Part shown: positions 29,069 to 39,100 of the stretch, piece after piece
Numbering within the stretch: the first letter of the stretch is position 1
Layout of the letters: each line of letters opens with the position of its first letter
Origin: Anaerolineae bacterium
Lineage (GTDB): Bacteria > Chloroflexota > Anaerolineae > B4-G1 > SLSP01
Direction: 5' to 3'
Length of the DNA stretch: 64,000 bases
Assembly: GCA_049975525.1 (NCBI GenBank)
Contig: JBNGCW010000001.1
Span: forward strand, 12,472-76,471
Program-made: the position numbers and the translations under genes
The notes under the pieces: model-generated
The model's input: the letters and a program-made list of their open reading frames with translations, nothing else
The model's database searches: none
What the model was told of the DNA's origin: nothing

Positions 29069-30094
29069 ATGTCCAAGATCACCAATCCCCACGATCGGTT
29101 TTTCCGGGAGACGCTGGCGCGACCGGGTGCAGCGCGGGCGTTTCTGGAGCACTACCTGCCGGACAAAGTGCGGGCGGAGCTGGACGTGAGCGATCCCCAG
29201 TTAGAGCAGGATTCTTTTGTAGACACGGAGTTGCAAGCACACCGAGCGGATTTGCTGTATCGAGTAGGGCTGCGCCAGGGAGGAGGAGCGTACGTCTACG
29301 TGTTGTTCGAGCACAAGAGTGTGCCGGATCGCTGGGTGGCGTTCCAGCTGTTGAGGTACCTGGTGCGGATCTGGGAGCGAAACCTGCGGGAACGGGGAGA
29401 ATTGTGGCCGATCGTGCCGCTGGTCGTGTATCACGGGCAGGACGCCTGGTGGGTGGAGTTGAAATTTGGGGCGTTGTTGGAGATGCCGGGGGCGCTGCGG
29501 AGGTATACTCCGGACTACGAATATCTGTTGTGTGATCTGACGGAATATACGGACGATGCGCTGAAAGGCGAAGTGCTGTTACAGGTAGCGTTGCTGACGT
29601 TGAAGTATGTATTTCGACCGGAGTTGAATGAGCGCCTGCCGATATTGATGGCGTTACTGAGGGAGCTGGAGGCGCAACAGACGGGATTGGAGTACATAGA
29701 GACGGTGTTGCGGTATCTGACGCAGAGTGCGACCTACGTGGAGGTTGAGACGTTGAGAGAAGCGGTGGAGACCGCGTTTTCTGAGGAAGGGGAGGCACTG
29801 ATGTCTACCATAGCCCAGAAGTGGATAGAAGAGGGTTTGGAGCAGGGTCTAAAACAAGGATGGAAACAAGGACTGGAACAAGGACTGGAACAAGGACTGG
29901 AGCGGGGGAAGCGCGAGGGATTGCTGGCGGGGATCAGGTTAGGATTGAAATTGCGCTTCGGAAGCGAGGGGGTGCGGTTACTGCCGGAGATCGCCAAGAT
30001 TGAGGATGTGGACGTGCTGCAGGCCGTTCACGAGGCCTTGGAGACGGTGAACTCGCCGGAAGAACTGCGGACGCTATACTATCTCAATGCGTGA
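29069..30094 (+). CDS. Rpn-family recombination-promoting nuclease / putative transposase (PD-(D/E)XK, YhgA-like) with DUF4351-type C-terminus
   Basis: N-terminus MSKITNPHDRFFRE...YVLFEHKS...VVYHG is typical of Rpn/YhgA-like proteins. C-terminus has tandem GLEQGL(K/E)QG repeats encoded by a 12-nt repeat at ~29870-29905. Confidence 0.8.
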   Translation: MSKITNPHDRFFRETLARPGAARAFLEHYLPDKVRAELDVSDPQLEQDSFVDTELQAHRADLLYRVGLRQGGGAYVYVLFEHKSVPDRWVAFQLLRYLVRIWERNLRERGELWPIVPLVVYHGQDAWWVELKFGALLEMPGALRRYTPDYEYLLCDLTEYTDDALKGEVLLQVALLTLKYVFRPELNERLPILMALLRELEAQQTGLEYIETVLRYLTQSATYVEVETLREAVETAFSEEGEALMSTIAQKWIEEGLEQGLKQGWKQGLEQGLEQGLERGKREGLLAGIRLGLKLRFGSEGVRLLPEIAKIEDVDVLQAVHEALETVNSPEELRTLYYLNA

Positions 30095-30518
30095 TCGCGG
30101 TGCCCAGTTCCGTCCCGCAATAGGGACAGTTGTGCCAGTTGGACGCGACTGGTTGCCCGCATTGGGGGCAGGTGGCGGCAGGGGACGCTGATGCGGTCGT
30201 CTCTGACTGGCGAAGACCACGTGCCAGCCAGACACCCCCCGTGATCAGCAGCGCCAGAAGTCCCAGGGGGATTAACCAGCCCACCAGCATAAAGAGGGGC
30301 GTGAAGAGCCAGCCTAGCCAGCCCATCCCTCGTCCACTACCGAAGCGCGCTATTCCCCCGCACCAGCCACCCCAGCTGCCTGGTCTCTGCCCCATCATGC
30401 CCGGCCCCATGCCCTGGTATCTGCCGAAAGCCAGCGTCAGCAGGCCGAGGCCACCTGCCAGGACAAGCAAGGCGATTAATCCCAGGATCAGTATCGGCAT
30501 CCAGTTGGTATTTTTCAT
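30084..30518 (-). CDS. small membrane protein with C-terminal zinc-ribbon
   Basis: Two TM segments flanking a Gly/Trp/Met-rich loop; C-terminal CPQCG...CPYCG zinc ribbon. Located 6 nt downstream of the cysteine desulfurase gene. Confidence 0.45.
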   Translation of the reverse strand: MKNTNWMPILILGLIALLVLAGGLGLLTLAFGRYQGMGPGMMGQRPGSWGGWCGGIARFGSGRGMGWLGWLFTPLFMLVGWLIPLGLLALLITGGVWLARGLRQSETTASASPAATCPQCGQPVASNWHNCPYCGTELGTAITH

Positions 30519-30524
30519 CGTTTC

Positions 30525-31697
30525 CTACTCCTTTCTTGAGGTGACTTCCGGACTTCGATCCCGATGTTGACGTACCGCCCGCGCTACAATCTCCACTACC
30601 TGATTGATCTCTTCGGCGGTGGTGTCGCGGCCCACTGAGAAACGCACTGTCCCTTTGGCCCACGTGAGGGGGACTCGCATCGCTTTCAGCACCGTCGAAA
30701 TGGTCGTCGCCTCGGCGTGACAAGCCGCCCCGGCGGACGCTGCCACCTCTGCGCCGATCTCCGACAGCAGGGTGCTGGCTTCCACGTCCCGAAAGCCGAG
30801 GCTCAGGGTGTTTGGCAACCGTTGCTGCGGGTGACCGTTTAACCTGACCAGTTCCTCGCCCAGTTCCCGTACCAGTCCTTGGTGGAGGTGGTGGCGCAGG
30901 GTTTGAAAGTGGCTCATGTTTCTCTCCAGGTCGCGGGCGGCGATCTGACAAGCTTTACCCAGCCCTACGATTTCTAACACATTTTCGGTGCCGGGCCGAC
31001 GTCCGCCCTCCTGTCCTGCGCCGTGCAATAAGTTGGCCGGTCGAACGCCGTTGCGCAGGTACAGCGCGCCGATGCCCTTGGGCGCGTACAGCTTATGCCC
31101 CGCGACGGAAAGCAGATCCACGCCCAGAGCATTTACCTCAATCGGCACTTTGCCGAGCGATTGGGCCGCGTCGGTGTGCATCAGTGCGCCATGGGCGTGG
31201 GCGATCTCGGCCAGCGCGGTGATAGGCTGGAGGGTACCCACTTCGTTGTTGGCGTGCATGACGGACACCAGCAGCGTCTCGGCGGTGATGGCTCGCTTCA
31301 GGTCGGTGGGGTCCACCAACCCGTGCTCATCCACTGGCAGCGTCGTGATCTGGAAACCCTGGCTCTCCAGCCAGCGACAGACCTCGGTGACAGAGGGATG
31401 CTCTATTGCCGAGGTGATGAGGTGGCGCTTTTGCTCTGCGTTTGCCAGAGCGACGCCTTTGATGGCGTAGTTATTGCTTTCGGTGCCGCCGCTGGTGAAG
31501 ATCACCTCGGCAGGGCGACAGCCCAGTAGCGCCGCTACCTGAGCGCGGGCTTTCTCCACAGCACGTCGCGCTGTGGTCCCATAAGAGTGGTTGCTGGAAG
31601 GATTGCCAAAGTGCTCATACAGATAGGGCTTCATCGCTTGGGCTACTTCGGGTGCAATGGGTGTCGTCGCGTTGTAATCAAGATAGATCGGTTTCAT
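30525..31697 (-). CDS. cysteine desulfurase (NifS/IscS class, PLP-dependent)
   Basis: IYLDYNATTP N-terminus; 390-aa class-V aminotransferase fold. Confidence 0.9.
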   Translation of the reverse strand: MKPIYLDYNATTPIAPEVAQAMKPYLYEHFGNPSSNHSYGTTARRAVEKARAQVAALLGCRPAEVIFTSGGTESNNYAIKGVALANAEQKRHLITSAIEHPSVTEVCRWLESQGFQITTLPVDEHGLVDPTDLKRAITAETLLVSVMHANNEVGTLQPITALAEIAHAHGALMHTDAAQSLGKVPIEVNALGVDLLSVAGHKLYAPKGIGALYLRNGVRPANLLHGAGQEGGRRPGTENVLEIVGLGKACQIAARDLERNMSHFQTLRHHLHQGLVRELGEELVRLNGHPQQRLPNTLSLGFRDVEASTLLSEIGAEVAASAGAACHAEATTISTVLKAMRVPLTWAKGTVRFSVGRDTTAEEINQVVEIVARAVRQHRDRSPEVTSRKE

Positions 31698-31874
31698 CTT
31701 TCGGATCTCCTCTTGTGAGAGGCGCGACTTTTCTGCGCAACTTCCGCTCCAGACACGGTAAGCCTCACTCAGCTCGTGGCCAGAGTATAAGTCGAGAGAG
31801 GAGAAAATAGGAGGGGAAGGTGGCCTGGGGCCAACCCCGCTGTTTGGCGGAGATGCGGGCGAATGTGAAGTCGG

Positions 31875-32966
31875 TCAACCGGCGAAGTGCAGTGCGTCGA
31901 CGGGGCAGCGCGTCAGGCAGAGGCCACAGTGCGCACAGTTCTCCGGCCGCAGGCGGATCCTCTTCTCCTCAAGATAGAGCGCGTCGTAGACGCAGCTGAT
32001 GACGCAGCGGTTGCAACCGATGCACTGTTCTGGGAGGAGCTCCGGCGGGCGCGTCATCGCCGGGGCGCTCCGTTTCAGCGTCAATCCCTGGATGTCGCCA
32101 ACCGCAGCGTAGCCGTGCTTGTCCAACCACCGAGCGAGCTGCCTGGCCAGCTTGCCGAAGATGTCGGGCCCTTTGATGATGGCGGCTGTGCAGACTTGAA
32201 CCGCCGTCGCACCTGCCATGAGGAACTCGACGACGTCGCTGCCGGTGGTGATGCCTCCCACACCGATGACGGGCACGTCCACCACGCGGGTTACTTCGTG
32301 GACGATGCGCAGGGCCAGCGGTTTGAGCGCCGGGCCGGAGAGCCAGCCGTAGCCGGTCTCACTTCCCATCCACGGGCGGCCTCCGTGTTCGATGTCGATT
32401 CCCAGCGTGGGGCCGAAGGAGTTGACGGCGACGATGGCGTCGGCACCGGCCTCCTGCGCAGCGACGGCGGCACGGGGCGCGTCGCGGAAAGGGCTGAGTT
32501 TGACCAGCACCGGCACCTCCAGGGCGGCCTTGGCGGCCCGGATGGTCTCCTGCATGGGGTGCGGGTCGTCGCCGATGTAGTGGGTGCTCAATTCTACAGC
32601 GTCGGCGAAAGGGGCGATTTGGGGCGCCAGCGTGGCGATGTCTTCGGTCGAATAGCCCAGTCCCACGATGAGGGGCAGGCCGGTCTCATTCGCTGTCGTG
32701 CGGGCTCGGGGATACTCCTCTGCGATCCACTGTTCCGGCGGTAGCTCCGACCAGAGTTCGGTGTTGAGAAAGTAGGTCTTGAAGTCGGCCATATTGGGGT
32801 GGGGGACTTGTGCGGCGCGGGTGGAGATGGTCTTGGCGACCAACGCCGACGCCCCACCTTCGGCGCAGGCTCGAAGGGCGTCCGCGTTGCGCACCGGCGG
32901 TCCGGCGGCGGGCATGATGGGATGCTTCAACGTGAAAGCTAACAACTGCGTCGTCAACGTGCTCAT
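31875..32966 (-). CDS. dihydroorotate-dehydrogenase-family flavoprotein with C-terminal 2x[4Fe-4S] ferredoxin domain (PreA-like)
   Basis: DHODH-like TIM barrel (VKLSP..., GVGGITTG) followed by CIGCNRCVISC...CAHCGLCLTRCP. Confidence 0.7.
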   Translation of the reverse strand: MSTLTTQLLAFTLKHPIMPAAGPPVRNADALRACAEGGASALVAKTISTRAAQVPHPNMADFKTYFLNTELWSELPPEQWIAEEYPRARTTANETGLPLIVGLGYSTEDIATLAPQIAPFADAVELSTHYIGDDPHPMQETIRAAKAALEVPVLVKLSPFRDAPRAAVAAQEAGADAIVAVNSFGPTLGIDIEHGGRPWMGSETGYGWLSGPALKPLALRIVHEVTRVVDVPVIGVGGITTGSDVVEFLMAGATAVQVCTAAIIKGPDIFGKLARQLARWLDKHGYAAVGDIQGLTLKRSAPAMTRPPELLPEQCIGCNRCVISCVYDALYLEEKRIRLRPENCAHCGLCLTRCPVDALHFAG

Positions 32967-33043
32967 GGGGTGCTCCTTTTGGGGTGTAAGGGTTTATCAT
33001 TCTCCAGGTGCTACGTGCTTTCGAACCGGCAAATGAGGACTCT

Positions 33044-33169
33044 ATGAAAAAAGGTCTAAGAAATCGGATTTTTAGCTGACCATACTCTACCTTTGCTGAC
33101 TTTGGTCATGAGAAACCCACCTGTAGTATCAAGTCGTAAAAAACCCGATTTCTGCCGGTTATTTTTGTA
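33044..33169. repeat. MITE-like element, copy B
   Basis: Left arm tgaaaaaaggtctaagaaatcggatttttagc matches copy A at 3740 in 28 of 31 positions. Right arm gtaaaaaacccgatttctgcc...tttttgtag is the inverted counterpart. Total length ~126 bp, equal to copy A. Confidence 0.4.
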
Positions 33170-33343
33170 GAACCAATGAGAAACGTCAAAACCGTACTGT
33201 TTTCATAGGTGCGTTGCGCCTCTGGATCGAAAGCGACAATGTGCTGCCACAACGGTGTTGCGCCTTAGCGAAGGTCGTGTATGATGAGAACAATTCTATG
33301 TACATTTAGGGCCTTGTCAACGGGCAGGCCAAGGAGGTTTGGG

Positions 33344-34096
33344 ATGGCTGATCATGTTCCCATTGCGCTGCAACTGTACACGGTGCGAGAGCAGATGGCT
33401 GAGGATTTTGAAGAAACGGTACGTCACGTCGCGGAGATCGGTTACGAGGGCGTGGAGGTGGCGGCGTTGCCGGACAGTGTCACGCCTGCTGCGGCTAAGT
33501 CTTTATTCGATGCGTTGGATTTGACCGTCGTGGGAGTTCACAGCCCGTTGCCGTTGGATGAAGATCAGGAAACGGTGCTGAAGACATGGGCAGCGCTGGA
33601 CTGCCCTTATCTCGTCTGCCCCTGGCTTGACCCGGACACCTACTTCCGCTCGCGCGCCGGTGTTTGGAAGGCCTGCGCGCTGTTGAATGAGGCTAACGTG
33701 GTGGTGCGGCAGAAAGCAGGGGGGACGTTACTTTATCATAATCATTGGTTTGAATTCACCGCCGTGGAAGGAGAAACGGCTTTCGAGATCCTGAACGGCT
33801 GCCTGGATCCGACTATAGGCTTCGAGGTGGATACTTACTGGGTGCGCACGGCAGGATTGGATCCGGTGGCGTTGTTGCGCGATCTGGGCAATCGATCGCC
33901 TCTGCTCCACATTAAAGATGGCCCGGCGACAATGGAGGCAGCGATGACGGCTGTCGGCGCCGGGGTCATGGACGTGCCGAGAATTCTAGAAGCAGCTTCG
34001 CCGGAGTGGCTCATCGTCGAGCTGGATCGTTGTGACACGGATATGTTGACGGCGGTCGAGGAGAGCTATGCGTACTTGAGCAAGATAGGCCGGTAA
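33344..34096 (+). CDS. sugar phosphate isomerase/epimerase (xylose-isomerase-like TIM barrel)
   Basis: ALQLYTVRE N-terminus. Start ATG 33344 with AAGGAGG RBS. Confidence 0.75.
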   Translation: MADHVPIALQLYTVREQMAEDFEETVRHVAEIGYEGVEVAALPDSVTPAAAKSLFDALDLTVVGVHSPLPLDEDQETVLKTWAALDCPYLVCPWLDPDTYFRSRAGVWKACALLNEANVVVRQKAGGTLLYHNHWFEFTAVEGETAFEILNGCLDPTIGFEVDTYWVRTAGLDPVALLRDLGNRSPLLHIKDGPATMEAAMTAVGAGVMDVPRILEAASPEWLIVELDRCDTDMLTAVEESYAYLSKIGR

Positions 34097-34119
34097 GTAT
34101 CTGACCGGGGACAGAAGAT

Positions 34120-34158
34120 GGGAGACCGGCTTACGAACCCGGTCTCCCATTTTGTGTT
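34120..34158 (+). terminator. rho-independent terminator
   Basis: 10-bp perfect stem gggagaccgg / ccggtctccc, 9-nt loop, followed by attttgtgtt. Confidence 0.7.
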
Positions 34159-34220
34159 CCTGGAGTTGGCGGGGGGCACCGGCCTGCGCTGCTGGAGGTC
34201 GGTGTGCTGTTTGGGCGTTT

Positions 34221-35228
<1,008 letters not shown>

Positions 35229-35263
35229 AGGTATCTCCTTTTATTTGAAATGAAAACGTTCCC

Positions 35264-35291
35264 ACGTTCCAACGTTCTAACGTTGGAACGT
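35264..35291. promoter_or_regulatory. perfect 13-bp inverted repeat (ACGTTCCAACGTT ct AACGTTGGAACGT) inside an AACGTT-rich 63-nt spacer
   Basis: Five AACGTT/CACGTT hexamers between the cofE stop (35292) and the LLM oxidoreductase start (35228). Confidence 0.45.
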
Positions 35292-36062
35292 TCATCTAAA
35301 CAGGTCCTTTTCTACGGGTCGCTGCATCTCCGTCGCCCTGCCTTCACCGCGCGGGTAGTCCGCCCCACGGATGAGAACGACGGGCAATCCTTCGGCGGCC
35401 TGTCCGGTGACCAGGCCGGCGGCGGCCGCCAGTTCGTCGGCGCGGGCCACGGTGGTGACGCGCAGCATGTAGCCGTGCCGGTCGAGGCGCCCACGCAAGT
35501 CGTCGATGGGCTGCATGCCGGCGACGCCCAGGGCCAGATTGACGGTGCCCTCGCGCCAGGGCCGTCCGTGGGTATCACTGACGATGACGGCGACGTCGGC
35601 GCCGGTGGCTTTCTGCAAGCCCGACCGCAGGCGTCGCGCCGAGGCGTCGGGGTCTTCCGGCAGCAGCAACGCCACCGCCTCGCCCGGGACGTTGGACCGG
35701 TCGACGCCGGCGTTGGCGCAGATCCAGCCGTGATGTGTCTCCATGATGAGCACCGGCCCGCGCTGACGGACGACGCCTTTGGATTCGCGCAGGATCACCT
35801 CGACGAGACGGGGATCCTTGCCGCTCTTCTCCGCCAGGGTCTGCGCTGCGGGCGAAGGTTCGACGGTAGTCAGATCCACGGCGCGCCCTTCGGCTTTGGA
35901 GACGATCTTCTGCGTGACGACGAGCACGTCGCCATCGCGCAGCGAGAGCGCGGCGCGGTTAAGCGCGTCCAGGATCAGGGTGACCAAATCGTCACCGGCT
36001 TGAATCTCCGGAAGGCCGGGGAGTCCGTAGAGTTCGACGTCAGCTTTCATAGCGTGAGGCAT
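35292..36062 (-). CDS. cofE: coenzyme F420-0:L-glutamate ligase
   Basis: 256 aa; CofE/FbiB N-terminal-domain family (ADVAVIVSDTHGRPWREG..., LPVVLIRG). Confidence 0.8.
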   Translation of the reverse strand: MPHAMKADVELYGLPGLPEIQAGDDLVTLILDALNRAALSLRDGDVLVVTQKIVSKAEGRAVDLTTVEPSPAAQTLAEKSGKDPRLVEVILRESKGVVRQRGPVLIMETHHGWICANAGVDRSNVPGEAVALLLPEDPDASARRLRSGLQKATGADVAVIVSDTHGRPWREGTVNLALGVAGMQPIDDLRGRLDRHGYMLRVTTVARADELAAAAGLVTGQAAEGLPVVLIRGADYPRGEGRATEMQRPVEKDLFR

Positions 36063-36127
36063 CTATTGTATCCTGCTTTGGGAGATGAGCAACTGAGCTT
36101 TGAGATGAGACGTGTGTCTCTTTCCCA

Positions 36128-36153
36128 AAGGTGAGGGGGAAGCCCGTCGGGCT
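36128..36153 (-). terminator. GC-rich hairpin terminator downstream of the giant GH13 gene
   Basis: gggggaagccc-tcgg-gggcttccccc, located 32 nt past the stop at 36185. Confidence 0.5.
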
Positions 36154-36184
36154 TCCCCCTTTGCATGTCTGAGGTTGACCGGCG

Positions 36185-39100
36185 CTAAGGGGTGCCGTTT
36201 TTGAAGATGAGGGGCATGTAGATGGTGTGGAGAGGTTCGATGGTGAAGGAGGCCATGGCACTATCTTGACCGTTGTTGAGGGACGTAACGTGGGCGGTGT
36301 TGGTGATGGTCACGCCGTGGAGCTCCCAGGCGCTGCCCACGGTGGCGGTGTAGACGATAGCGATGGGCTGCACGCCGGAGGGAAGGGCGCCGCTCCAGGT
36401 GATGGTGCCGGAGGCGTAGACGGGGGAGACGTTGGTGGCTGCTGTGAAGCCGCCGAAGGTGATCTCGGAAGGCAGGGTGTCGGTGAGGTGGACACCCATG
36501 GCTTCGGCTTCTCCGTTATTGACGAGGGTGAGGGTGTAGGTGACGACGTCACCCAGGGCGACGTTTGTTTCAGGCGTGACGGATTTGGTCAGATCGAGGG
36601 CCGGCGCGCCGACGACGGTGAAGGCGGTCTGCGCCTGTCCGCTGCCGGAGGTGTGACTGTAGGCGGCGGTGTTGGTGATGGTCGCGCCCCAGGTGTCCGC
36701 GTCGATGGTGGCAGGTAAGGTGAAGGAGTACAGACCATTGGCGGTGACGGTGATGACCTCGTCCAGGTCCATGCCGGTGACGCCGCTGGGCAGGGTGTCG
36801 GTGACGTGCACGTTGAGCGCGGGTGCGTAGCCCGTGTTACTAATCTGGATGGTGTAGGTAAGCGCGTCGCCGGGCTCCGGCGGATCTTGCTCGAGCGCAA
36901 CCTGCTTGTCGATGGCCAAATTGTGTTCGGCCCCGAAGGACCAGATATAATCCGAGCGCATCTCGGTGTCGTCGTAGTAGCCGGCCTTGAGCAGTGCGAT
37001 GGTGTAGCCGTGCGCTGGGTCGAGGGTGAGGGTGGGCGTGTAGAGGATCAGGGTGCCGGTGACGTTGACGGTGCCGTAGACGGGGTCGCTGTGCGTCTCC
37101 ACCGTCTGTGCAAAGCCGAACTCGCCATCAATGTGTGCGTGCCCGCCACCTTCCAGTTTGAAGGTGCTCGTGTTCACCCGGCTCGTGTCCAGTGGGCGGT
37201 TGAAGGTGACGGAGATGGGGCGGCTCACGGTCCAGGTGGCAGCATCGACGGCGGGATAGTGATCTATGACGATGGGGTCGCGCCAGTTGTGGACGGTGTC
37301 GGTGACGGTCATGACGCCGGTAGCGCCGTACTGCGCCGTCAGCTTGCGGTTGGTCAGCCCGACCAGGGTGCCCCAGTTCTCCACGGTCTCCCAGGAGCCG
37401 CGCGTGTACTTGTATTCCAGGTCGGTCCCGTCTGCGACGGTGGTCGTGTACACGTACTCGGTGGCGCTCAGCGGCGTGAGCGCTTGCCCACTGGCGTTCC
37501 AGGCGCTACCGAAGGCGTCGGCGTCGTTGCCCGCGATGTAGATGGTGTCGCCGAGGGGTGTGTAGTCCGGCACGGTGACGTGGAAGCGCAGCTCCACCAG
37601 ACGCGCTTCGGCGGTGGCCGAGGCTTCGTTGGAGGGGGTGGAGGCATTGAAGTTGCGGTCCAGCGCTCTGACGGTGTAGGTGTAGGTCTGACCCGTGGTC
37701 ACCGTGGTGTCGGTGTAGGCCGTCGTCGATGAGAGGACGCGACCCACTTTGACCGCCTCACCCGAGGTTTCGCCCTCCCCGTAGCGGAAGAGGTCGTAGG
37801 CGTAGAGGTCAGTGTCTGTCACGGCGTCCCAGGCCAGGCTGATGCTGCCCACGCTCCAATTGGTGACGCGGAGGTTCTGGGGTGTGGCCGGCGGTGTGGT
37901 GTCCGCAGCCGGTTGGACGTGGAGCAGGCCGGGGCTGATGACGTTGTCGGCGGAGATCACCCCGCTTTGGTCCGCGTAGGTCCAACTCCGCCCGTTGGTG
38001 GTGGTGTAGCGGTAGACGTAGTAGAACTCGCCGGTCTCTTCGGGCACTAGTTGCCCCTTGAATTCGTCGTTGTTACCAGCATCGGTGTTGAATTCTGCGT
38101 CAACCCACATGGTCCAGGAGATGGGCTGCGTGGTCGTCGGACCGAAGCCCACCTGCGCCGTCAACCCCGGCGTCGCCCCGCTATCGGAGGTTACGCCGTC
38201 GATCCAGACCTGACCGTAGATGTTTTCTGTAGGGGTGATGCCGATGGTGTGGGTGATTTCCGGGGGCCACTGCAGGTTGGCCCAGCCGATGGTGTCGTGA
38301 GGCATGCCGCTGGCCTCGTTGGAGGTGCCGCTTTTCAGCAATGTGGTGTCGTCTCGGCTGACGACGACGTAGTAGTAGGTGGTGGCGTTGGTCAGGCCGG
38401 TATCGGTGTAGACGGTGCTCGTGGTGGTGACCACAGGGGTGTAGCCGCCGCCGCTGACCTGGCTGCGGTAGAGGATGTAGCTGTCGGCGCCGGTGGCCGC
38501 GCTCCAGCCCAGCGTCAGCTCACCGCTGCCTTCGTTCGTCACGCTGAGGTCGGTAACGGCGTCCGGCGGCGTGTCCATGGTGCCGTTCAGCACCAGCACC
38601 GCGCCGCTCATGGCGGGCACGTCAGGGACGGTGATCTCGCCCGAGGTGGTGACGGTGTAGACCGCGCCACCGTCCAGCACGTCGATGAAGACGGTGCCCG
38701 CGCCCAGGTAGCCGGCGACGTCCACGGTGACGGTCTGTGATGTGCTACCGCTGTTGGCGATGATCACAGCCGCATCCGAATGATCGGCCTTCTTGCGCCC
38801 GTAAGCGTAGACCGCGTTGTCGTCGTCGACCAGCAGCGTCTCGAAGTCGCCGGTGCGCAGGGCCGGGTGATCGTTGCGGGCGTCGGTCAGCAGCTTGTAG
38901 TAATCCCGCAGGTCATCCTGAGTGGCCTGTGACTGCAGGTGGGTGTAGAAGGGGGTGCCGCTCTCGTCGAGCCAGGGGTAGGGGAGACGGTTGTAGGGAT
39001 CGTCCTCCCACTTGCCGCCGGCGTAGGTGGTTGGCCCGACCAGGCCGACCTCGTCGCCGTAGTAGGTGGTCGGCGCGCCGGGCAGCGTCATCTGCAGCAG

